Below, piece after piece: positions 9,179 to 17,948 of a DNA stretch of 64,000 nucleotides (positions are counted from its first letter, which is position 1; each line of letters begins with the position of its first letter). Below the pieces are notes generated by a model. It made no database searches. It saw only the letters and a program-made list of their open reading frames with translations, and was not told the origin of the DNA. Location: positions 1 through 64,000 of IMG/VR virus record IMGVR_UViG_3300042197_000731. The stretch is one strand, 5' to 3'. A program made the position numbers and the translations under genes. The DNA comes from a virus.

Positions 9179-11266
9179 TTATGCCATTCTATCTACTGCT
9201 CTTCTAATTTGACCACCTTGATTACCCAAGGCAGTTGCTAATTCTCGAAGAGCCACAGTTTGATTATCAAATGAAGGCTGCAACATAGCACGCAATGGTT
9301 CAAAATCTACAGGTATTGAAGAGACTACTGGTGATGTTCCGTTGCCCGAAGTGTTGCCAAGTAACATTGTTTTGTTTTGTTCTCTTAACTCTTGTTCGCG
9401 TTTTTTCCTTTTTTCTTCAGCCTCCCTGGCATCTTCTTGATCATTTATATTCTTTATTCCTTTTTCTAAATTTTCTAGACGTTGTAATCTAAGTTGTATA
9501 TTTTGATCCAAATGATTAATTTGACGTCTTATCTCATCGGGCACTGGTGTATTTTCGTCAATTTGCTGGGTAGGCTCATAATGCTGTCTCAGCAAATCAT
9601 GTCGTGCTCTTCTGATTCCTTCTATTTCTGTTTGAGTTTGAGTTATTCTTTCAGTTTGAGCGGCTATTCTTTGTTCTCGCGGTATACCATATCCACCGAT
9701 CATAGTTACAATATCGTCTAATCCATCAACCATCTTTCCCATAACTCCAGTAGTATACACTACTGCTTCTGCAAACGACGAAAGTTTTTCCCCAGAGCCT
9801 TCTGTGCCTAATACTATTCCATTGAGTTTAACTGCTAAATTCGCTTGGGCAGCATATACACTTGCTATGCTAGTAGTAAATACACCGGCATTTGCTACCA
9901 GCGCGGCAGTTTGTTCGGCGAATTTAGCACTGTCTTCACCCATTGTTTTTAATCGTCCAGAATTACTATTGATGTCGGTTATTACTTTGTTTAGGGTATC
10001 AACCAATGAAGATGACAGGCGACCTGCCTGCTGTAAGTAAAACAAATCTCCCATCTGTTCGGTCAATTTACCAGCACTAACAGTTAAATTTTTAGATTCC
10101 TGATCCATAACCCGATTGAATTCGTCTGGGCCTTTATTTGCTGCCAACGCCATTCTTCTAATAGATTCCGCTGCTTCTGGTGCTGCCGCTTGTAATTGTA
10201 GAAATTCAGTACTGACTGGTTCCATACCTCTACTAAATGCTAAGAAAGCATCCTGCAATGGTCCCTTCACTGCGTCCGGCACTTTCAACATAGCGGCATC
10301 ATATTGTTTTCTCTGGGTGTCGGACATCTTACTCAACATACCTTGTGTGGCAGCATTTCTTGATCGCTGTTCTATTTCTTGCTTTAATTGCTTACTGCTT
10401 TTACCAGTCAAAGCACTAATCTCTTTTAACTGATATAGATAGGCCTTCGTACTTTCAATGTTGTTGTCACTGAGTAAATCTTGATCTACACCTCTACGTC
10501 GTTCCATTGCCATGTAATCAACTAGTTCATCACTTAAATTAGCAAAACCACCATACAGCGTAACTAATTGTGGTCCTAAATCATTTCTTGCTGCTTTTGC
10601 TACGGTTTCTAACGCACCACTAACACCTCCACCTAACAAAGCAAGATTTTCAGCATTACTTTGAGCAACTTTGGCTAACATCTCAAGTGGCATGCCTGTA
10701 TCTCTGATAATTCTCTGCATTTCTGTTAAACTGCCACCAAAAGTAACTCCAACGCTACTCAAAGAGTTAAAGGCACCCATTACCTTTTCACCCTGCTGTA
10801 AGTATTGATTAAAAATTTCTCCCGCTAGTTTCGCTATTTCCGCAGTGACGTTGCCAAACAATTTTCCAGCCATAGTAGCTATAATACCACCTGGCACACC
10901 GCCTACTAATGTACCAACTACTCCTAATAATTCTCCTCCCGCTTTAGTCATTTCTCCTATTATTGAAGTAGTTTTTGAAATTAATGGAGAAATTTGTGTA
11001 AAAACAGTATTAGAAGAGGCCATACCATCGGCAGTATTAATAATTTGCCCAGTAAAATCCACTAATGTATCTAAGGTACTCGCCATTTGATCACCTAATG
11101 TGCGTGTTTGCTGGGTTGCTCTTGCTACTGCCGCTGCTTCGGCATTCAACGCACTGGCACTTCTATCAGCAGAATTACTGGCTGCTTGCAATGATCTGGC
11201 CAATTGATCAGCAGCCGCTCCAGTAAAGCCCATAGATTGCGCTAGTTGTTCAAAGTTAATTGCCAT
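9179..11266 (-). CDS. Probable tail tape measure protein
   Basis: 695 aa, Ala/Gly/Leu-rich helical protein with a hydrophobic Gly-rich segment; divergent from the gp26-like chaperone. Confidence 0.6.
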   Translation of the reverse strand: MAINFEQLAQSMGFTGAAADQLARSLQAASNSADRSASALNAEAAAVARATQQTRTLGDQMASTLDTLVDFTGQIINTADGMASSNTVFTQISPLISKTTSIIGEMTKAGGELLGVVGTLVGGVPGGIIATMAGKLFGNVTAEIAKLAGEIFNQYLQQGEKVMGAFNSLSSVGVTFGGSLTEMQRIIRDTGMPLEMLAKVAQSNAENLALLGGGVSGALETVAKAARNDLGPQLVTLYGGFANLSDELVDYMAMERRRGVDQDLLSDNNIESTKAYLYQLKEISALTGKSSKQLKQEIEQRSRNAATQGMLSKMSDTQRKQYDAAMLKVPDAVKGPLQDAFLAFSRGMEPVSTEFLQLQAAAPEAAESIRRMALAANKGPDEFNRVMDQESKNLTVSAGKLTEQMGDLFYLQQAGRLSSSLVDTLNKVITDINSNSGRLKTMGEDSAKFAEQTAALVANAGVFTTSIASVYAAQANLAVKLNGIVLGTEGSGEKLSSFAEAVVYTTGVMGKMVDGLDDIVTMIGGYGIPREQRIAAQTERITQTQTEIEGIRRARHDLLRQHYEPTQQIDENTPVPDEIRRQINHLDQNIQLRLQRLENLEKGIKNINDQEDAREAEEKRKKREQELREQNKTMLLGNTSGNGTSPVVSSIPVDFEPLRAMLQPSFDNQTVALRELATALGNQGGQIRRAVDRMA

Positions 11267-11319
11267 TTTTTAGTATTCGTTTTTCCACAAGATAAGTACA
11301 TATATTTAGCAGAACCATC

Positions 11320-12162
11320 ATGAATGAACAAATAGAAAATCCACTGAAAAAATACTATAGACAACCACAACTTTACATCAAATTACCCAGTCGCGGTGAA
11401 TGGTGGCCAGAAGGTAGTTTATCCAAAACAGTGACAAACGAATATCCCGTGTTCGCAATGACTGCCCGTGACGAACTGGCATTAAAAACACCAGATGCGC
11501 TACTAAACGGTCAATCAACAGTAGATGTTATTCAGAGTTGTGTTCCTAACATAAAAGACGCATGGCACACACCAATTTGCGACATAGATCACATTCTTAT
11601 CGCAATTAGATTGGCTACTTACGGCAATGCCATGGATTTCACCAGTTTATGTCCACACTGTAAACACAAGAATGAACATACTCTAGATCTTCAACTACTG
11701 CTAGACAAGTACAATACACTACCATCCTGGAACAAAACCCTACAAGTAAAAGATTTAACAATAAGTTTAAAGCCAGAATCATATAAAACATTCAACAACA
11801 AAAGTATCAAGACCTTTGAAGAGCAACGTGTCATTCAAATGATAAATCAGGAAAGTCTATCTGAAGCCGAAAAACTAGAAAAATTCAAAGAGATGTTCAA
11901 AAAACTGCTACAACTTACTGTGGAGCAAGTAGCAGGCAATATAAATTACATCAAGTTAGATGCACAAACTGTGGTAGACAATCACGCATTTATCAATGAC
12001 TTCTTCCAGAACTGTGATAGAGACATATGGAATACAGTCAATGATGCTATTGCTGAAATTAAATCCAACACACCAACGAACAAGATAGATCTACAGTGTG
12101 AATCATGTACTAAAGAATATCAAACACCCTTAGTTTTTGAGATGTCCAATTTTTTCGGCTAA
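11320..12162 (+). CDS. gp26: Baseplate hub assembly/tail chaperone protein (gp26-like)
   Basis: IKLPSRG, MTARDELALKTPDALLNG, DIDHILIAIRLATYG, two CxxC motifs, C-terminal NFFG. Confidence 0.8.
   Translation: MNEQIENPLKKYYRQPQLYIKLPSRGEWWPEGSLSKTVTNEYPVFAMTARDELALKTPDALLNGQSTVDVIQSCVPNIKDAWHTPICDIDHILIAIRLATYGNAMDFTSLCPHCKHKNEHTLDLQLLLDKYNTLPSWNKTLQVKDLTISLKPESYKTFNNKSIKTFEEQRVIQMINQESLSEAEKLEKFKEMFKKLLQLTVEQVAGNINYIKLDAQTVVDNHAFINDFFQNCDRDIWNTVNDAIAEIKSNTPTNKIDLQCESCTKEYQTPLVFEMSNFFG
12150..12156 (+). other. Putative -1 programmed frameshift slippery heptamer (T TTT TTC)
   Basis: X XXY YYZ heptamer in frame at the end of the gp26-like ORF; the -1 frame is open into the 12168-12386 ORF. Confidence 0.55.
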
Positions 12163-12167
12163 CGCTT

Positions 12168-12386
12168 TTGACTCTTTCCAATGAGGAAGTAATCAAACTA
12201 CTTAATGATTACGACCGGGAGTCAAAAGCACTACGAAAATACATATACAAACTAGTCTGGTACATGCGAGGTGGAGTCAATATAGATCAAGGCTTTGAGA
12301 TGGGACATCAAGATCGTGAGATCATCAACGACATCATCAAGGAAAACATAGAGAAAACCAACGAGACTGGTTATCTATTCATTTGA
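12168..12386 (+). CDS. gp51-like baseplate assembly protein (likely expressed as a frameshift fusion)
   Basis: 72 aa, LVWYMRGGV...DREII motif; only a TTG start and no clear RBS. Confidence 0.6.
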   Translation: MTLSNEEVIKLLNDYDRESKALRKYIYKLVWYMRGGVNIDQGFEMGHQDREIINDIIKENIEKTNETGYLFI

Positions 12387-12451
12387 TCAACTCTAGACGC
12401 CATAGTTCATTTATACAACACATTTTTTTACTAGCGTTTTATACCGTATTA

Positions 12452-12529
12452 ATATGAGGTGTGCGAAGCACACCCATATCGTCTGCGTTAATCTTCGTCG
12501 CTATTCGCTCCTGCGATTAACTTGACGAT
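12452..12529. repeat. Two adjacent inverted repeats including a GCGAAGC mini-hairpin
   Basis: atatg-a-ggtgtgc-GAA-gcacacc-catat (12452-12479), and atcgtc..gttaatc/gattaac..gacgat (12478-12529). Confidence 0.7.
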
Positions 12530-12614
12530 CTTTTCGAGAGGAACATACTAGAACCAGGATTCAACCTATTACCATTCATCTAGATTACTGCCTCCCTTTC
12601 GCCCACGCAGGGCG

Positions 12615-12641
12615 AAAAAAAATCGTAGTGATACACTACGA
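12615..12641 (-). terminator. Putative Rho-independent terminator
   Basis: Minus strand UCGUAGUG-UAU-CACUACGA followed by 8 U. Confidence 0.55.
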
Positions 12642-13050
12642 CTTCTATGGTGTTTCATCTGAGTTGACCACCACACAGCATTGGGACTACAACAACATCT
12701 GAATTTTTCAACTCAGGAAATGTAACGTAGGCGGTTGTCCGGTACCTACTCATCCAGTCTTTCTTACAACGGCGGGTTATATTGCTAATGCTGTCCTTCA
12801 ATATAACCGTGCGATATCTCTATCGCGTCTTTTTACCCATAATTCCTGTTCAAACAATCAAACCGCGGGATTAGCGATCTACGTCCTGTCAAGGATAGTG
12901 ATTGAGTTCTCGTAACAGCGACGAGGTTTCCATTCCCTGTGACCCGGCGGTCCAGTTTTAGGGCATCCGAAATTAGGCCGATGCTAGCCATTACTGTTTG
13001 AAAGTTTGCCTGTAGATTTCGCAGATGTGCGGTGCGTCGCTATTAAACCA
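12615..13050 (-). ncRNA. Putative large structured non-coding RNA (boundaries approximate)
   Basis: No ORF; GC-richer than its flanks; many stems (12775-12784/12799-12808, 12811-16/12821-26, 12727-31/12745-49, 12909-12925, 12963-12984); loop pseudoknot 12787-94 with 12675-82; ends in a hairpin plus U8. Confidence 0.6.
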
Positions 13051-13057
13051 TGATGAA

Positions 13058-13474
13058 TTAAATCTTCAATTTACGAACTTTGACCGATATCCATTCGTTG
13101 TACCAGTCATCACTGAGTAAAACACCGTAATCAAATTGATACTTCGCTTCCCAGTAGTTTAGTTCGTTCTTTGAATAACAATACCTTAATATTTGTCTAT
13201 TAAAATTTTCTGAACCTGTTGTTTTTACTTCTTCTGATAATACCGTGTTTGAGCCATAATAAGTTTGCCAGTCACTATCAATTTCATATCTTATTTTAGA
13301 TTTCTTTTTAGTGCCGTTTTTGAGCCTTGATGTTTTTAACCTGATTTTTTTAAATTTAGATAATTTTTTGCCTATATATTTTCGTCCAGTTGACCGATTG
13401 GTTATCATATATACAAAACCAACCACATCTTCTGGTAATGTTTCAATAATTTTTTCTTCAAATATCCAAGTCAC
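13058..13474 (-). CDS. Small GIY-YIG endonuclease (Endo II/DenA-like size)
   Basis: GFVYMITNRSTGRKYIGKK, YYGS, WEAKYQ, WYN motifs; GTG at 13474, just after a perfect TATAAATA. Confidence 0.8.
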   Translation of the reverse strand: MTWIFEEKIIETLPEDVVGFVYMITNRSTGRKYIGKKLSKFKKIRLKTSRLKNGTKKKSKIRYEIDSDWQTYYGSNTVLSEEVKTTGSENFNRQILRYCYSKNELNYWEAKYQFDYGVLLSDDWYNEWISVKVRKLKI

Positions 13475-13478
13475 CAAC

Positions 13479-13486
13479 TATTTATA
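13479..13486 (-). promoter_or_regulatory. T4 late promoter TATAAATA (perfect consensus)
   Basis: The plus strand reads tatttata. Confidence 0.7.
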
Positions 13487-13490
13487 CACA

Positions 13491-15281
13491 TCATATGGTA
13501 TCGGAATTTTTCACAATCTCCACATCAGAACTATATCTAGTAAAGCCACTCTCTTTAACTACGTACATTATATTATTAACTCTACTAGCCAATTCATCTT
13601 TATGGCTAATTAACCATACAGATTTACCGCCTCCTCTTGCCATTTTCTTCAAAATCTTCAGAGAATTTTCCACGCCAGAACTATCCATGCCACTATCTAC
13701 TAGTTCGTCAATGAACAGCAGATTGATAGGCTGATACAAACTTTCCCATACATCACGGAAAGCCCAACTCAGGCTTAGAATAAGACGGTTACGTTCACCA
13801 CGTGAAAGATTATCAAAATCCAACTCACGACCCAGTTCTTCAATTGAAACTGATAGATCATTATTGAACTTAACGGTGTGTGGCAGTTCAATATCGTTCA
13901 AGTAGTACGCAAGTCTGCCGTTCAGGAAGTTTAGATTCTGATCAATAATTTGCTTACGTATAAAACTATCCTTGTTAGTAAGTAACTTGAGCAAGAATTC
14001 TTGATGATCACGAACCCTGGTCAAACTGTTAATCAAATCGTATGAAACTTCTTCAATGCCATTCTTTTCCATTTCTGTAATCTGTTCAGCATATGGGTCA
14101 GTCTCTGACACCTTCTTTTCTATCTGTGAGAATAGATGATTGATACTGCTTTTGTGAGCAACCGCTTCACTTTCCGTGTCATAAAATACAACGGGAGAAA
14201 CACCTAATGAACCGATAGCATCTATCTTCTTATTAACTTCTGCCAAACTTTCTGTTATCCGTTCAAGAAGTTCAGCCGTTTTACTTAAATCTGTTTCTTT
14301 GCGTTCAAGTAGAGTAGCATGATTATCATCATGTAGGGCTTGACCGCAACTGTGACACTTATGATCTTTCAGTGACTGAACATCAGCATTCAATTGAAAT
14401 AAAGTTTTTTCCTCTCGGACAAAATCCTTCTTCAGTGACTTCTTTGTTTTTTCTAAGTCTGTTAGATTTGTTTCCTTGACTTTATATGCTGCCAACTGCT
14501 TATGTGAGGCTAACTCAATATCAATATCAAGTTTAAGTAGTTCATCGTAAGCAGCAGTTAATTCTGTTAGTTCGTCATCATGCTTCTTTTGCCACAGTTT
14601 TTGTCTACGTTTGGTAGAATCAATTTGTTCTTGAATTCTGGTATTAGCATCTTTGACTGCTTTGATACGAAATTCTTCTTGCTGGATAGCATCCTTGGTG
14701 ATGCGGATCTGTTCTTTAAGACCTTCCGCTTTCTCACTCAGTAAGGTGATACCTAGCAATTGTTCAATGATAGTTCTTTGATCGGCCGCTTTTAGGCTTA
14801 GAAAAGGTTCTGTGTACGTGTTAAGTGCCACGATATGCTTAAACATATCATGGCGCATGTTTATCAAACGTTCAATTTCCTGTTGCGTTTCTCTACTGTC
14901 ACCCTGACTATTGTCGTCAGAACTTTCCATCTCACGATCATTGACAAAGAATTTCAGGACGTTAGGTTTACGCCCACGTTCAATTCTGTAAGATGTATTA
15001 CCACATTCAAAATCAACAGTTACCAGCATATTTTTGCCGTTGGTTTTGTTGATCAGATTATCTTTTTTGATGTTAGTGAGGGCTTGCCCGTAGAACGCAT
15101 AACTTAGGGCATTGATGATAGAAGTCTTGCCCGTGCCATTACGACTACCAGCGTCATCGCCACCTAAGTCAATGTTACTGCCTAACACCAAAGTTAAATT
15201 ATCTCTATCAAAATTTACGGCCTGTGTTTGATTGCCTATTGATAGAAAATTTTTCGCGGTGATGTTCTTGATTTTTAGCAT
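13491..15281 (-). CDS. gp46: Recombination endonuclease ATPase subunit (gp46/SbcC/Rad50-like)
   Basis: KNFLSIGN, Walker A NGTGKT, zinc hook CHSC, signature LSRGE, Walker B LLFIDE, ISH. Confidence 0.93.
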   Translation of the reverse strand: MLKIKNITAKNFLSIGNQTQAVNFDRDNLTLVLGSNIDLGGDDAGSRNGTGKTSIINALSYAFYGQALTNIKKDNLINKTNGKNMLVTVDFECGNTSYRIERGRKPNVLKFFVNDREMESSDDNSQGDSRETQQEIERLINMRHDMFKHIVALNTYTEPFLSLKAADQRTIIEQLLGITLLSEKAEGLKEQIRITKDAIQQEEFRIKAVKDANTRIQEQIDSTKRRQKLWQKKHDDELTELTAAYDELLKLDIDIELASHKQLAAYKVKETNLTDLEKTKKSLKKDFVREEKTLFQLNADVQSLKDHKCHSCGQALHDDNHATLLERKETDLSKTAELLERITESLAEVNKKIDAIGSLGVSPVVFYDTESEAVAHKSSINHLFSQIEKKVSETDPYAEQITEMEKNGIEEVSYDLINSLTRVRDHQEFLLKLLTNKDSFIRKQIIDQNLNFLNGRLAYYLNDIELPHTVKFNNDLSVSIEELGRELDFDNLSRGERNRLILSLSWAFRDVWESLYQPINLLFIDELVDSGMDSSGVENSLKILKKMARGGGKSVWLISHKDELASRVNNIMYVVKESGFTRYSSDVEIVKNSDTI

Positions 15282-15288
15282 GACTTAC

Positions 15289-16305
15289 TTATAGTCCTCT
15301 GTACAGTTCCAGTAATAATGCTGGATCATACTGTTCACTGTTGATTTGATTAAGTTGATTGGTAACGATCTGATCCACGGTTTGAAAATTAATGTTACCC
15401 TTGATTTCGTGTTGATCCATGTCTGTGTTTTTGTTACGCAGAATTGATATCTCACGCAAGCCATGAGACTTGACGAACGTTTCCTTGATGAAGTTGGCTT
15501 CCTCGTATGAAATGTCAATATCAATGTTCACCCGAACATGCATCTTTGGCTTCAATACCTCATCAGTTCTATTGAGCAAATCACTCAGTGTAAGAACACG
15601 ATAGGTCGGTTGATCTGGCCAGACATGATAGGTTGGCTCTCCGCCCCAATCTAGGATCATTACTCCACGAGCATCGTCGCCAGCATCGGCGTAATTGTGT
15701 GGGAAACAATTGCCTATGTATGTAATGTTTTTGTATGTTTGACGTTTATGGAAATGACCGCTGAACACATGATCAAATTGCGAAAAATGTTCACGTTTGA
15801 TTTCACTGTGATCTGGCATTGCTACCATAGCATTCATCAAGAAGTGTGGTAGTTCAAAGTGGCCAAAAATGTATTTGCCATTCATTTTTGGAATACGTTT
15901 GTAATCATCGCCTACCATCCAGGGAGCAATGATGACATCGCCTTCCCTGTGCCAATCGTTACAAATAGTAACCTTATCAAGATGTTTGGCCCACTCTACA
16001 CTCTGAATATCACGCTTATCACGGTAATAGAGATCATGATTGCCTGGAATGAAAAATACTCTATCAAAATTGTCATTAAGATGCTCAAGAGCACGGATGC
16101 TATAGTTCAGTGTAAGAATGTTGATCGCAGCACGATTGTTATTCCAATCGCCTAGAAAAAACGCTACATCACAACCTTGTTCCTTTCCCGTTTTGGTTGC
16201 CCATTTGATGAAAGATAGACAATCATCGTTATGGAGTTGACTGTTTGACTTGAGGCCAAAATGAATGTCTGTACAGACTAGTGCTTTTTTAAATAGATTA
16301 CTCAT
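15289..16305 (-). CDS. gp47: Recombination endonuclease nuclease subunit (gp47/SbcD/Mre11-like)
   Basis: Metallophosphoesterase motifs DIHFG, GD, GNHD, GHFE, SGHFH. Confidence 0.92.
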   Translation of the reverse strand: MSNLFKKALVCTDIHFGLKSNSQLHNDDCLSFIKWATKTGKEQGCDVAFFLGDWNNNRAAINILTLNYSIRALEHLNDNFDRVFFIPGNHDLYYRDKRDIQSVEWAKHLDKVTICNDWHREGDVIIAPWMVGDDYKRIPKMNGKYIFGHFELPHFLMNAMVAMPDHSEIKREHFSQFDHVFSGHFHKRQTYKNITYIGNCFPHNYADAGDDARGVMILDWGGEPTYHVWPDQPTYRVLTLSDLLNRTDEVLKPKMHVRVNIDIDISYEEANFIKETFVKSHGLREISILRNKNTDMDQHEIKGNINFQTVDQIVTNQLNQINSEQYDPALLLELYRGL

Positions 16306-16311
16306 CTAAGA

Positions 16312-16341
16312 ATTGTACTCTTTTCTAATAGCGCAAGTCAA
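16312..16341 (-). promoter_or_regulatory. sigma70-type promoter for gp47
   Basis: TTGACT-18 nt-TACAAT, with the ATG 6 nt after the -10 box. Confidence 0.55.
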
Positions 16342-16357
16342 ACAGTGCTTTACCAAA

Positions 16358-17218
16358 TCAATCTTCGTAAAATCCACTTCCCGTGTGCATACCCTGCCTG
16401 GTATATGAAGGATTTAGGTTGTTGAGTTCCAGGATATCATCACGTAAATTTTGATTTCGTTTTTCTATGTTCAAAACTCTAGTAAACGCATTCGTGATAG
16501 CAGCCGTATAATAAGCAAATGGATTCAAACTTTTGCTTTCGTCAAACTGTAGTCCAATCTGACTTAATTGTAGTAGGGCTTGGCTACGCATTTCATCATT
16601 GTAGGTATAGCCCCGCCAGTTACTACGAGTAGCATACCGTTCACATAACTTAATGAACATGTGAGCCAACTTGTTAGTCATCTTTCCGTGATCCTTGCTG
16701 AATTGACCATCAATTAGAGAACCCTTCCAGTGACTTTTGCCGACTAGATATGGCTTATCGTTATCGCCTAATTTGTAGTGTACGAATGGTGGAAAATTAA
16801 CTTTTATGTATTTCGTGGGTTTGGTATCTTCGTCATCATATTCCGTGACGATGATGTCCTCGTCTTCTTCAACTTCTTTTGCTTTACTGATTTTTGCTAT
16901 ATCACTAGGAACATGTTCCCAGGACATGACTCTGAATACCAAATCAGTTCTTTTTATGTCTTCTTCTTTTATTTGAAAATCATCTAAACGCTTTTTCTCC
17001 CCACTTTCAGCCGCACTCAGATCATATTGTAGTTTGGTCAATCGTTCAGCACGATTTTTTATTGCTTCTACAATTTTATCTTCGATGATATCTTCAACGC
17101 TGCTTAGAATAATATCGTAATCAGCACAGGTAGCATCCATATAGCAGCAATAAGAATTCTTGCTCTTGTGTATTTCTTTTAGTATATCTTTATTGTTGAG
17201 ATAATTTGTTTTGGTCAT
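16358..17218 (-). CDS. gp55: Late transcription sigma factor (gp55-like)
   Basis: NYLNNKDIL, ERYATRSNWRGYTYNDEM, FDESKSLNPFAYYT; start taken at MTKTNY (17218). Confidence 0.85.
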   Translation of the reverse strand: MTKTNYLNNKDILKEIHKSKNSYCCYMDATCADYDIILSSVEDIIEDKIVEAIKNRAERLTKLQYDLSAAESGEKKRLDDFQIKEEDIKRTDLVFRVMSWEHVPSDIAKISKAKEVEEDEDIIVTEYDDEDTKPTKYIKVNFPPFVHYKLGDNDKPYLVGKSHWKGSLIDGQFSKDHGKMTNKLAHMFIKLCERYATRSNWRGYTYNDEMRSQALLQLSQIGLQFDESKSLNPFAYYTAAITNAFTRVLNIEKRNQNLRDDILELNNLNPSYTRQGMHTGSGFYED

Positions 17219-17834
17219 TAAAATTTTCCTTTTTATGTTTACATTGATCAAAATGCCATCGTTTCATCTGAGGCAATCCGCCTATTGTCTCGCAGTGAGG
17301 GCACTGAATTTTTGGTTTTTCTTTCCGCAATTTTTGTTTAGTTTCTTCGGTATGTTTTGGACCATTTTTTCCTATCTTTGAAACTGATATATTCTTTTTC
17401 TGATCTGTACTTCTTTTTTTACCTTTGTTCGCAATAGAAATTTTTTGCTTGGTTTCATTAGATAATGGTTCTCTCTTACGATTTTTTGCGGCAAGGGATC
17501 TCTTTTCCTTAGTTTCCTTGGACTCGTTACATTTTGCTTTTGCCATTTTTTCTCTAGTCTGGGGTGAAGGATTAGAAATCCCCTCACCCCCGTCTGTCAT
17601 ATTAATCAAAATGCCAGTGCCCAAATCTTTTCTTCCGTATTTGGAAATAAGTAATTTTTCTAGCTCTAATGCCTCAGATTCGAGAAGATTTGTTTTGACA
17701 AATCTTATTTTAGATATGTCATTTGGCATGCCTCTGTTGTGTTTAACAAACGCTCTACGCCCGCACCCTTTTCCAATGTAATAAGGACTTCCGTCATTTC
17801 TTACATACTCGTAAACATAAAAAATATTTTTCAT
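17190..17834 (-). CDS. GIY-YIG homing endonuclease with NUMOD3-like repeats
   Basis: FYVYEY..PYYIGKG, LINMTDGGEG, repeated ETKEKRS/ETKQKIS/HTEETKQKL, C-terminal CPHC..RWHFDQC; overlaps the gp55 start. Confidence 0.85.
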   Translation of the reverse strand: MKNIFYVYEYVRNDGSPYYIGKGCGRRAFVKHNRGMPNDISKIRFVKTNLLESEALELEKLLISKYGRKDLGTGILINMTDGGEGISNPSPQTREKMAKAKCNESKETKEKRSLAAKNRKREPLSNETKQKISIANKGKKRSTDQKKNISVSKIGKNGPKHTEETKQKLRKEKPKIQCPHCETIGGLPQMKRWHFDQCKHKKENFNDQNKLSQQ

Positions 17835-17894
17835 ATTATATTTATGTTTTAAGGTAATTAGTCTTTATAAAATTACTTCTCTTCGAAACAGTAC

Positions 17895-17923
17895 ATGGTA
17901 ACACATAATTAATCCCCAGTCAA
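17895..17923 (-). promoter_or_regulatory. sigma70-type promoter (extended -10)
   Basis: TTGACT-17 nt-(TG)n TACCAT. Confidence 0.5.
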
Positions 17924-17948
17924 CATAATAAACATATATTATTATGAG

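Noticed and set aside
12387-13057. tRNA cluster or CRISPR array in the large intergenic gap
   Set aside because: No cloverleaf with a TTCGA T-loop and no repeat-spacer periodicity are visible.
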